DNA from: Marsupella aquatica
Lineage: Eukaryota > Plantae > Marchantiophyta
DNA: 64,000 bases
NCBI GenBank assembly: GCA_973895155.1
Contig: OZ316898.1
Span: forward strand, 17,908,752-17,972,751
Reading direction: 5' to 3'
Shown here one piece after another: positions 51,338 to 63,055 of this stretch. Each line of letters begins with the position of its first letter. The first letter of the stretch is position 1. A program made the position numbers and the translations under genes. A model generated the notes under the pieces. That model was not told where the DNA came from and did no database searches. It worked only from the letters and a program-made list of their open reading frames with translations.

Positions 51338-54300
51338 CTATCTAAAGCCAAAGCCAGATGGTGGCCGCCCATTTTTGAAAAATCCATCCACGGTCTTTTG
51401 CAGACCTGCACCAATAGCCTGGGCTAGATGCCCTGCCTGCATCACAAGTATAGAACTATGAGCCGATGAGAGCTACAAAACTGGATAGTTGACTAGTGCC
51501 TAATAACTAGAGTACAAACCAAGTCATCGAGCTCCGCAAAGAACGTTCCTTCAGAGAAACAAAAAAAAACTAGAAACACAACCACACATGGCTATCGAGA
51601 ATCCATCTGGCAGAGTACCTCCTGAGCAGTCTTCCGACAGTCAAGTGCATCACTTATCCGCCTCTCCAAGAATGCCTGTGTTTCTTTGAAACCTTCAAGT
51701 ACAGAAATGCAATTCCTTATTATTTGGAATTCGCGACAAGCTCAGAACACGTTTTCAAAGTAAATAAGGGTCGAATCTCCTAAAGAATACCCGGTGAAAG
51801 GACATTCTACCATCGATTGGCTCCTCAACAACACCGGACACTTTGCAAGCTTTACGGCTGCCAATTGTTTTATTCAATGTCATTATCATGTTTAAACTGG
51901 TGAGACCATCAAAGCTTGCATGGTGGAATCATCCAGAAAAGTACCTGGAGATATATCTGTCAGCATATACAATTCGGTAGTAGAGTAGACACCAGCTAAT
52001 ATAGCACGCTTTGTATACCAATCCACATCGGTTGATCGATCTCCGGCAGCATGCCAAATCTCATCTATTAATAACGCCCTTTGCTTGATCGTTGTAGGCA
52101 GATTGACTGGATTAGCCTGGAAAAGAGGAACCAAAAACTAGTCGCCTGAGCTACAATTCATACAAGCCACAGTGCTAAGAACTTAGATGCAAATTTAGAT
52201 GGTTTTCAAAAGAATGAGAGTGTTCAAGAGCGAACAGTATCTCCAACCTGTATACTTAACGCTTGAGCCCACTTCGGCAAATACGGGACTTGCATCTGCA
52301 GGCGTACCCAAACTATTGTGGCAATGCGGTCCGGCATCGCCAGCTCACCCAGCTCCTCTTCACGTAATTCTAGCTCTTCAACCAGAGCTTGAGTGCATTC
52401 GTCCATAAAAAACTGCACAGTAAGCATGGACTCGATTCAGCATTTATAAAAGAAAATTCTCAAGGAGGTCGCACAGCAAGAAAAGTCTTGGCTGATAATA
52501 CAAGAGCCGTGCACAAAGGATCCTCTACAAACAAGTATTTAACCAGCTTCTCCAAACAAGTATCTCCGGGGGCAAGAAGTTTGTAATGGGTATTGAAAAT
52601 AAATATATGGTAACATTTATCGCCAGCTTTCAGAGTCATTGGAGTTGACCCTCAACATTATTTTTAATGTGCTACTGGTTTCTTACAGCTCTGCCCCCAC
52701 TTAGGGGAGGGAAAAGAGGCCAGTGTGAGCTGCAGCGGTCGCAAGGGAATCTTGGGGGTATGAATTCACTTTTCGTCCTCAAGGAATGCTGATGGGGACC
52801 AAGCTGAGAACTTGGGTGACTTTGTGTGCTGAAGAGGTTAACCAGAAAACACCATCCGGAAGATTTCTCGTTAGCTGCTGAGAGGAGGCCAGTGCCGGCC
52901 AACCGAAGAGTCTGCCCGAGTTTTCCATGGTGTTGAGGTATTTCATCAACGTATTTGATGCCCGTCTCCATGGATTTAAACGAATGGAAATTCGATTGGT
53001 CGAGACACTATATAGAAATCTTTGCATCAGTTGTTGTTTGGAACTAACTCTGAAACCGGGTGTTCCGTTGGAGCCTCTCTGTACACACAAACCATCTTCC
53101 GCTTTTCGTTCTTGATATTGGTCAGATGATTCTGATCGAGTATACTTGTTAGTGATCATCCCCTTTTCGAGGAAGATGATTGGATTGAGGAATTTTGATT
53201 TCCAAGTTCCCTTCTACAAGATGAGGCCGTCGTAGTTTCACAAGGCCACCTCCTTAAGGGTATACAGATTCTTATTTCACCCGATTGGGTTTACATGGGT
53301 CTGAACTAGCAGCATGTATGTCCATTGGAATTTCTCTGTTGAAGTCAGGTAGCTAGCGGAAGGCTCGCTCATCAGTAAAGTCAGCCCAGTAGTCCTGGCA
53401 TGGGGGCTAGCCTTCCATGAAATCCAGACCCTGAACGGAATACATTGAAGCTCATTCTGGGGACGACTTGCATTTTGCTCAGAACATAGGACTGGACCAC
53501 TTTTGTTGCGTCTTCATTCTCAAGTAGAAGACCACAGCTATTACCGGCTGGAGTTCCGTCGATCTTCATCGTGACCTTCTGCTGTTCCCCTGCCACTACA
53601 CCCGTTTCTCGCTCTGCAATACCCTGGGCAACTTGTGCTGCCAGTTTACTGTACTTCCACATTTCATCTCGTTCCAAGACTGGCCTCGATTGTTGCAAGT
53701 TGACATGCATGGGACAGCAATCCCTAGCTGCGCTTTGACACTAATGTCTCTCGCTTTTACCATGCCACGTCCTGACAGCTTCCAAATTTTCCTGTCTATC
53801 GCCTTAGCTTCCAACTGAAAGGTCCAGTTAGATTTCTCGTCATCTACAATTCCCTGTATCAAACGGAATAAATGTTGACCACTCGAATTTCCACTTGTTT
53901 AAATTTTCCCCATCCCTCCTCCGAAACCTGTTGCCATTCCCCCCATCTTCAATCTTGACTTGGAAATGAGCTGCAAGTGGAGGGTAAAGATCCATGTCTA
54001 ATGCTAAGTGCATAAGTCGTGATTCACCCTAGATATGCATATGATTTGTCAGATCAGAGTTGAGAGACTCTGTCAAGGCCTGTTCAACAGAGCTGAAAGG
54101 CGGCTGACGCGACTACATCTGACTTTAGGCAATTGAAGATACTTGAATATCAACGGCACTGAAACTGGTCAGGAGAACCTCGTTTCATCATAAAATAATC
54201 CCTCATCTTCACATGCCCCACGATGCTCAAATATCTTTACAAAATTTGCACTTCGTGCGATTCTCTCACAGTTTGTGAGAGAATTTGGCAAGCATCAGGA

Positions 54301-55242
54301 GAGTCCCCACGATGATAAATTCCAGGACATTACAAACCAGAGCAACAACGAGTGTCGTTACCGGCAAAACATTATCCAGTGGATGACAACAAGCAGTAAA
54401 GGGCGTACCTCCACAAGTGCAGCCTCTTTTCGTGGAAAAGCCCCAGCAAAAGCTGGTGATAGCCCTACGTCTCGAGCTCCAGCAATTATTGCAGCTTCTG
54501 TCCATCCGAATTTAGGCTGCGCGAAGCATGGGAAAGCAGGAGATCAGCGGAGTATAAAAGACACTGGCAAATATCCAGATGAGTATCTAAACCAAACTTG
54601 AGAAGATCTTGTAATAATAGTCCGCAAATTGTATGTACCACATGTGACAGTGCTGCCCTTAACGTCCGAGTCTTTTCATCCACCACCTCCTCCTCCTTTT
54701 CCTCTTCAGCTTTGGCTTCTTCCTTGTTACGCTTTGTCTGTGGCTGTTCCTGGCCCTCTTGGCGAACTCCCCCTTCTACACCGTCATTTGCCACAACAAG
54801 GAACGCAAAAGTTACAACCAAATCGTGAGACAAATACTTAAGGTCTTTTGTATATCTTGAAGACTTTTCTCTTCTTAGATTCAATGATCAGTCAGCTATT
54901 TCTGAAAACTAGAAACCTACCTTGAGCAGCTTCCTCGGATGGTTGATGAACTGTCGTTACATTCCGCACAGGCCCTGCGCCACACTGTGAAAAAGCATCT
55001 AAGTTCCTCCATGCTGAAGCTCCTGAGAAATGCCCCCTCATTACCTTCAGCTCTGTTCCAAAGTCCCTACGCCCCGGAGACTGAAATGGAGCTACTGATC
55101 GCGCAGATGCTCCAATTTGTGAAGAAGTACTCGGACAAGATGAGCAAAGTCGTTGTTGTCCCTTAAACCCCAGGGTTTCACCCACCCAAAATTGAATATG
55201 CCTACCGAGAATGCCAAAGCGACGGGCCCCACTGGCAGCCAT
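51338..55242 (-). CDS. COQ9: Ubiquinone biosynthesis protein COQ9, mitochondrial
   Basis: Exons 55242-54921 (transit peptide-like), 54775-54639, 54516-54409 (PKFGWTEAAIIAGARDVG), 52412-52248, 52116-51945 (DEIWHAAGDRSTDVDWYTKRAILAGVYSTTELYMLTD), 51692-51619 (FLERRI), 51436-51338. Confidence 0.95.
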
Positions 55243-55785
55243 TGCGGCTATATGCGCCTCTATCCGCCTTGGAATAAATTCTCCTCTGCCACTTCTGATT
55301 TAACCAACTTATATACAGAAGAGTTCCAATTCCAGACGAGCCAATTGACCTAATGGCTTGAGACGAAACCCTCTCGCTCGGTCTCGCGTCCGAACGAAAA
55401 TACCATCTCCAGGGCGGATTGCAAATCCCGCTCGATAATGCCAAACCAACAAAATAGGCCAGTCTATCTAGCCCTGTCCTACTCGTCTCAACCTATAAAC
55501 CTATCTGCATCAAATCATAAGTCTTCAGTGAAGTCTCTGGAGGCATCACCTGCCTCGGCGACCCAAAACAAAAATAATTAGCCGTGCAAGGCAACCAGGC
55601 CCGTAGAGCTTTTTCCTAGCCGGTCAATGAATCGATCAAAGAGTTCCAAAGTCTACCTACTGCATCTCTCTGTCGGTCCAGCTACTGCATTTTTTCGTTA
55701 TTATGCACATGCTTACTACGGTCGGTGTTCTCTCTCGTACTGTGTCTCAATCCAACCCTCTCCTCTTCGAAAACAGAAACGAGAT

Positions 55786-56636
55786 CACGTGGAACAGGAA
55801 AAACGTGTGTGATTCAGTGGAGAAAGCGAAAAATCAAGGTCCCATTTCAGATCCTCTTCTCTTACTACAACACAAAAAGTAATTGCTCCAAAGGCAAAGG
55901 AAAAACGTGTGTGATTCAGAGGAGAAAGCGAGAAATCAAGGTCTCATTACTAACCCTCTTCTCTTACTACCCAACAAAATGTAATTGCTCCAAAGGAAAC
56001 CTCGAAGGAATTTAGATCACATGAAAGAACAAACAATCTTGTGCGATTCGAAGTTGAGGCTTTGCAATTAGAGCAGAGCAGGAACACAGAAATCTACCTC
56101 TCAAATCAAAACCTATTCTCGTGTACAAAAGTAGGAAAATGCCAAGAGGCCTTGCAATCTCCAAAATGGCTGGTTTGAGTTCACCCGAACGTGCTTAGCA
56201 CGAGATGGGCATCTAGATTGAAACTACGTGCTATGGTAGCAATACTGTACTACCATATGAGAAAATGACTTGTCACTGTACGAGCTGCATCATCTGCACA
56301 AATGGGTTGTGTACACGTGTTGTTATCTGGGGTCCCACCATGAACTAGGCACACGTGGAGGTGTCTGGCAGCCTTGTGCTGATTTGTAACTGACACGACT
56401 GTCATGGAGACGTGGCATTGTGGGGCCCAATCTATGCAACCAATCAGACTTGCGCGAGAGTTATTTTTACCAGAAACATTACATATTACAGGTAACCTGT
56501 AAAGATGAAAATTAAACAACTGTTTGTTTGCCATGGGGAAAGCTTATTGAATGTGTTGGGACACACGTCGGATGGAGTTTGCGAAATGTGTGAATTTGCA
56601 TGGTGGCACAGGTGGGAGTGCGGCAGAAAACGTGGA
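55786..56636 (+). promoter_or_regulatory. Cluster of ACGTG (G-box/ABRE-like) elements between divergent COQ9 and sugar transporter genes
   Basis: ACGTG cores at about 55786 (CACGTG), 55803, 55905, 56189, 56226, 56314 (CACGTG), 56352 (CACGTG), 56410 (ACGTGGC), 56564 (reverse) and 56630. Confidence 0.55.
55798..55997. repeat. ~102-bp tandem duplication
   Basis: GAAAAACGTGTGTGATTCAG.GGAGAAAGCGA.AAATCAAGGTC...GTAATTGCTCCAAAGG occurs twice. Confidence 0.85.
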
Positions 56637-57151
56637 AGGGCTCAGAAATTTGGAGAGGAAAATGAGAAAAAAGTGCAACAGGGATGCAATCCGAAGTTGA
56701 AGGGACTGAGTTGGAAAAGTTTGGATGAACCTCCAATTTACGCTACAGCTATTTTGCTCAGCAGCTTTGCAGTTGGCACGGGCATCTGATCGCAGAGATT
56801 GCATCTTAAATTGGGTGCAGTGACAACAATAATTCGCCTGAGCGTTCACATATTGGGATCTCCCCACCTGGTCCTTCAGTTTACACCACTGGCTCAGCTG
56901 CTCCCTCTAGTGCATGGCTGTGTGATCTGAAGCAAGCATTCTGCAGATTTCACACAGTTGCTGTGAAGCAGACTCGAGCAAGGTAGGCACGTTTGGCCCA
57001 AACCCAGATCCAAAATATGGTGAGCAGGGAGGGGGTTTGAAGGGAGTCAAAGTAGTTTGCTTGAGCAGTTACATTTGGGATTCCCAGCTCTCTGGTCCTC
57101 CAATCACTATTGGTGTTGCTCGGCTCCTCTGCCAAGACTTAGGTTCAGAAA

Positions 57152-58699
57152 ATGGCAACCAGGGAGGGGGGCCGGAAGACGGTCCATAGTACTAGTGCTC
57201 ATCATGAGCTAGATTATGCGGTCATGGAGAGTGGTCAGGGGAAGAAGGATCGGGAGCCACTTCTTCCCAAGCGAGAAGGTTCAGGATCAGGAGATACCTA
57301 CACATGGAGTGCAATCATATTACCGTTTTTGTTCCCAGCTATTGGTGGGCTGTTGTTTGGATATGATATTGGTGCCACTTCTGGTGCTGTTGTCTCTCTG
57401 GCTGACCCAGAGCTCAGTGGAACATCGTGGTATGACCTCTCATCAATCGAAAATGGCTTGATCGTGAGTGGATCCCTCTATGGCGCCTTGCTGGGGTCGA
57501 TTCTGGCATTCAACGTTGCAGATTCTTTGGGCCGACGAAGGGAGCTCATTGTAGCTGCTTTCATCTATGCTCTCGGGGGTGTAGGGTCAGCTTGGGCTCC
57601 AAGACTCACCATCCTCATCATAGGGAGACTGGTATATGGAGTCGGCATTGGGCTTGCTATGCATGGAACTCCTTTGTACATTTCAGAGACTGCGCCGGCT
57701 GACATCCGAGGAATCTTGGTCTCCATGAAGGAAGTATTTAACGTGATTGGAGTCCTACTGGGTTATCTTGTTGGAAGCTTGACGATCAATGTTGTGGGGG
57801 GCTGGAGAGTCATGTATGGAGTTGCAATACTGATTGCTGTCATTATGGGACTGGGAATGTGGTGGCTGCCACCATCACCAAGGTGGCTGCTTCTGCAAGC
57901 AGTACAAGGAAACAGTTCTGTGGAAGAGGCCAAAATACGAGCCAGAGCTACTCTCCTGAGGGTGAGGGGTGGTGACAAAGTGGACGAATCTAACATTGAT
58001 GGAGAAGTGAATGAGACCTTGACGTCTTTGCAAGAGACGGGGGGACGAGATCAAGTCTCCTTTGGTGAGCTTTTTAAAGGAAGAGTTAATCAGAGGGCTT
58101 TGACGATCGGTGGAGGCCTCGTTCTCCTCCAACAGATTACAGGCCAACCGAGTGTCCTTTACTATGCTGCTACATTCCTTCAAAGTGCAGGGTTTCCAGC
58201 TGCCTCCGACGCCACTGTTGTGTCTGTGTTCCTCGGGATCTGGAAGCTGCTCCTTACATTGGTGGCTACTTTTTATGTAGACAAACTTGGCCGGAGGCCT
58301 TTGCTGATCACTGGTGTCACAGGAATCCTTGTGAGTCTTTTGGCTTTGGCAGCATTCTATTCGTTTGCCTCCGGACTCACGTATCTCGCAATTGGTGCCT
58401 TGCTAGTATATATCGGGTCATACCAGCTTTCTTTTGGCCCTATCTCATGGTTGATGGTGGCTGAAGTTTTTCCTCTGCGAACTCGGGGGCGTGCTGTTAG
58501 TTTGACAACCCTTATCAACTTTGGTTCAAATGCTGTTGTGGCATCAGCTTATTCTCCACTTCAGGAGCTGATAGGGGCTTCATTGACTTTCCTTATATTT
58601 GCTGTGATAGCGGTTGCTGCCCTTGTATTTGTTACCTTTAGTGTACCTGAAACCAAAGGCTTAAGTTTGGAGGAGATTGAGAGTGAGCTTTCTAAGTAG
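57152..58699 (+). CDS. MFS sugar porter, vacuolar glucose transporter (VGT)/D-xylose-proton symporter-like; intronless
   Basis: 515-aa single ORF with PFLFPAIGGLLFGYDIGATSGA, DSLGRRREL, PLYISETAP, PPSPRWLLL, QQITGQPSVLYYA, VDKLGRRPLL and PETKGLSLEEIE. N-terminal DREPLL dileucine motif. Confidence 0.95.
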   Translation: MATREGGRKTVHSTSAHHELDYAVMESGQGKKDREPLLPKREGSGSGDTYTWSAIILPFLFPAIGGLLFGYDIGATSGAVVSLADPELSGTSWYDLSSIENGLIVSGSLYGALLGSILAFNVADSLGRRRELIVAAFIYALGGVGSAWAPRLTILIIGRLVYGVGIGLAMHGTPLYISETAPADIRGILVSMKEVFNVIGVLLGYLVGSLTINVVGGWRVMYGVAILIAVIMGLGMWWLPPSPRWLLLQAVQGNSSVEEAKIRARATLLRVRGGDKVDESNIDGEVNETLTSLQETGGRDQVSFGELFKGRVNQRALTIGGGLVLLQQITGQPSVLYYAATFLQSAGFPAASDATVVSVFLGIWKLLLTLVATFYVDKLGRRPLLITGVTGILVSLLALAAFYSFASGLTYLAIGALLVYIGSYQLSFGPISWLMVAEVFPLRTRGRAVSLTTLINFGSNAVVASAYSPLQELIGASLTFLIFAVIAVAALVFVTFSVPETKGLSLEEIESELSK

Positions 58700-59380
58700 A
58701 TGATTATCCTAAAGGATTTTATGTACATAGCAAAGAGGGAATTGAGAACTGTAAAATCGAATGTAGCTTCTCGTAGCGCGGAGAGAGTTAAAGAAACGAA
58801 GATAGTTAGAGGAAAAAAGATGAACTTACTTCCGTTTTGCCGAAATGCGTCCTGCACATTTTCCATATATATATTCGTTTAAGACAATATGCAGTGTAGA
58901 ATCACTTCTTGGCGTGCTTCGTAAATTGGACACAATAGATGCCCTGTCTTGTCAGTGCCTTGCATGCATGTGTATTTGCAGTGACCACCATGGTGCTTCG
59001 AAAAGCCCAGCACCTAGAACTGGCTGCAAATTTACTTTTCCAAATCCCAGTTAAAACTTGCTTTGTGTTATGTGAGTGATGGTAATCGATGTGAGTTGAT
59101 CTCAAGTGTGCTCGTTTGTGAGACATCATTAAATGGCGATGGTTGTAATCCTGGATGCAATCAGGAAGACATACGAGAATTCGAATGAATTTATTGAGCA
59201 GGAGGCTGCAATTTGGCAAGCCAACAGCGATATCTCATTCTCAACCAGCGGAAGGGTGGATCATCAGACGCAGAACGAGTCGATTGACAGTATAGGAAAT
59301 TCTGAAACAAATGATTAAATTGGTCAACAATGTGGCCTTCAAGCCACGCATCATATATGCTACTTTGGCGTATTGAGGGA

Positions 59381-62300
59381 CTATCCTTCTTTAGGCAAAA
59401 CCTTCGCTACTGTAATGAAGGTTCCTGATTTGCCCAGTGGTATACGTTCCTGGGCTAGAAACCAAGTTATTGCATTCCTTTGCCAGCCCTTCAAGCTCCT
59501 GATCTCACATGCCAGAGTAGCAGTTTGTTAGATGGTGGTGGGTTGTGCACGTCCCCCCCAATACAGGCCGACGAACTGGTTGAATACAACTGTATCTTGC
59601 TTCTACCAAAACTTGGCACATAAATAATCAAATAAGTAATCATTACTGGTATGTGCGAAAACACCTAACCAACTAAATTCCCTTCAACTCTTACTTGGCA
59701 TCTCTGGTCTCATACAAGTTCTTTCGGTCCACACCAATGTAAAACTCTTAACTATACCGAGATGTAGAAACGACCTTTGTGCTCTCTCTATCACAAACAA
59801 CCGAAATGTCGTTACGAATGCGCAGAACACGACCATGTCATCCCAGCCCACATTGACCAGTTCATAATATGACAATCAAGAAGAGAAACTTAACTTACTT
59901 GCTATCAAGATGCGCAATGACGTCGCCATCTGGAAAGGCAGACCTTGTGGTCATGATCGCCTCAGTAATTGCTTCTTTCCAGCTTCCTCCAATCTGGTGA
60001 TAAATTGCATCCGAGCTTCCTTTTACGTTGGGTTTGATTGAAACATCAGGCTCTTCCATAGGCAAACTGTAGTTCGAAAGTAGATGGCCAACCCAAACGC
60101 CCTCCTTCCTGTGGGAAACACATCATGAATTTTGGAGCAATTTATTACTTTGACAGCGGCCACAAAACAGATTTCAACATTCAACACTCGTCCGTAGAGC
60201 CACTCGATGCTGTTCATTCCGTGATAAACCTCTACCTCCGATGTCTGAGGTTCTGTGGTAGTATTTCAGCCAACTGTAGCCCCAGCAACTAGCTCGAAAT
60301 GTAATTTCAATACCGAGGCCCTTAGACGCTAGAGATGTAGGAGAAGAGCTTCAGCTAGGCCATCAGACCAGGCAAGGTGGTTCTCATAGCTTGTTTTCTT
60401 TATGCGGCAGTCTCCTAACAGTAAAGTGAAGACTGTTGTCACTCAAGGTAATATGAATAAAATAGCTGGAGCACAATCTGTCTATCCTCGCTTTTGGTGC
60501 TTACTGAACCACATCCATGTGTCGTGGAGCGTAGTGTCCACCCCCCAGTCCGACTAGCACCTTTTCGCCTTTGTTTGCACTGACAAAAACAAAGACCATG
60601 GATAAGTGAGTTCTATTGTTCTGCAGGGTGAAGTCCACTCGCTTGCTAATACTATCCACAACTCGGCGCTACACATCTGTCCATGGACTCAACATTCAGT
60701 CATGTCTGAAACTTTGGATTATGATTTCTGTCAAACTTGCAAGACACGTGTCATGCATGTTTTGACTGAAATTCTGTTCCTCGTCTCGCACCTCGACCAT
60801 GTTTGGGAAGATAACCAAGAGTGCACAAGTAGATGCTACTGATGAATTGCAACTAACCGAAAACAGTTAGGAATTTGGAGAAGCTGCATGGGGGAATGGA
60901 GCACTCAGGAGTATCCAAATAGAACGTTTTACGGTAAGCAAATGGTGATAGCTTTTACAGGTTCTCGTACCTACTCCACTGGCCTACACCTGGACCTCCT
61001 CCTAATCCCAGGCCTTCCTGCAGTACCTGGATCAATCGACGTACCTCAATTTCAAGCACAAATGCTTAGACCATACCAGAGAGATTCTGAACTTGTTAAG
61101 AAAACGGGAATGATCATGACGACTTCACAGATAAGTCAACAAATACTTAGGGACAGAGATGCTCTTGAACCGTTGCAACAACGTGTGCTGCATCGTCCCT
61201 CCCCCAGTATTCTTCAGTGCTTCCTGGCAGCATGAACAAACGTATAGTGATTGTCCTCTGATACCATTGAACAACCAGTAAAGCACATCCAAGGGGCAAA
61301 GAGCTTCAACATTTTTGGTTTAAAAATATTTGAGCAGCAATCGAATGTACTGCCAGAGAACATAATCATTCTGGATGTCTATATCAATTTGACCAGAGAA
61401 AGACAGCTACGGTGGACAGTCGGGATGTGCCAGTTTTCTCTATTAAGACCGTCTTAGAAGATGTACATGTGCAGCAAAAGGAGCTACCTATTTCAAAAAA
61501 CATTGCTGGTGAATTCACTTCAGGTCCATGATGGGTAGCTTCCAAGGTAACCTGTCCACACGAACGCAAAGAATTATCAAGTGGATGACTTGAACCAGTA
61601 AATCGCGGTCAACCTTCCATGGGCAACGAGAACGCATTTTTTTACCAGTTTAAGCTCGGGGGGATGAAATGTGTCCTTTTCAAGTAGTGCCTCGTGAATC
61701 TACACATATTCAGTTCAATAACCCAAAAACTTCTACGCTGACAATGGTGTTGTCGAAAAAGCATAAAAACTGAGGACGCTTGTGGTTAAATATCAAGAGT
61801 ACCTCGAACTCCGGCACTAGATTTTGCTTTGTTGCAACGTTCTTAAGAAGCCTTAACCAGGGGCCTATCCGTGGGCAAGGAGGAGCGGCCCATCCAGGTC
61901 TTCCGCCCGCTGGGGGGCTCTCATGGGGCTGCAAATGTGGTACACCTGGAACATTCACCGAATCTTAAGATGCCCAACTGCAGCTCAAAACTCTCTCGAC
62001 TACCTTTCCAAAGGTTGTTTGACCCTGAAATGTTTTAAACATTAGTTCACCTTCGTTGACAAGAGCAATTTTGAAGTTGATATAGAGGAGACCTTGGACC
62101 TCCCACTTAAGTGCTCCGAAAAATGGAAAGCTCCTTCGAGAAGGCATGTGATTCTTAGTCCGCAAGTTGAGAGGTGTGTAGGAGTCCCGGTGGTTGTCAG
62201 GGTACATCCTTAAGCCGCACTTTCACACTCCATCTGGCGTCAAGTCACATAGATGACACGGAAGTCTTTCCGTCCTAACTACAGCGAACTGAAGTTCAAA

Positions 62301-63055
62301 ACTGCAAGTTGATCTGAATCTCAGGTGAATCTTGACCTAATGTGATGTTCTCCGGAGCAACGTTGAACACAGATTTATATCAGCAAGTAAAGTAGCGGAA
62401 CATTGAAAGTAGAAAGAGCTGGTGGTTGGAGGCATTACTGACCGATGGGATGCAAGGTGAGGGCCGGCCGGTTAGAAGCAGCAACGTGCCTACTGAGGAA
62501 AATGATCTCCTCCACATGCTCACCTGTACCTGCTTCCCATCGCTTGTCCAGGTGGTCTTCTGTCACAAGGCGACCGTTCAGCTGCAGCAGCCTCACCCGG
62601 CCAGAGACAAACGACACACTTTCCTGAACAGCCCACCCAACCCGGTCAACCGAGAGAATTGGCTCCGGATTTCCCCAAATTCAATTCAATAGCAGCAGAA
62701 AGATGCAAAACCCTAACACAGACGGTATGAAACAAAGGATAAACGGCCAGCCGACCCAGAGAATTTGGCGCCGGGTGTCCCCAATTTTAATTTCAATTGC
62801 ATCAGAAGCATGCGAAATCCAAACACAGTTTATATGAAGAAATGGGTACGAAAACTGCAAATAATTTGCTACAGCGAGTAAAACAGTTCGTTGGTACGAG
62901 CGGTGACGCCCTTGAATTTGCAACGGAGAGACTTCAATTTTTACCGGGAGGAAAGATGGCCCAGCTGCCCAAGTGGCAGGAGAGAGGGCAAGCAGCGCTG
63001 AGGCTGGGCCAATGGATGCTGGATCAGCCGTTGTGGCCACCAGTAGAGACACCAT
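59381..63055 (-). CDS. GEK1: D-aminoacyl-tRNA deacylase (DTD2 type)
   Basis: Nine GT-AG exons: 63055-62945, 62623-62443, 61945-61803, 61551-61488, 61223-61171, 61026-60971, 60579-60505, 60108-59899, 59498-59381. Motifs MVSLLVATTADPASI, IFLSRH..SNRPALTLHPIG, TLEATHHGP, FEIGSTEEYW, GLGGGHYAPRH, VWVGHLLS. Confidence 0.96.

Noticed and set aside
13735-55242. Lipid/isoprenoid biosynthetic gene cluster (patatin, SMO1, COQ9)
   Set aside because: The genes act in unrelated pathways and compartments and are separated by repeats and a kinase. Nothing supports co-regulation.
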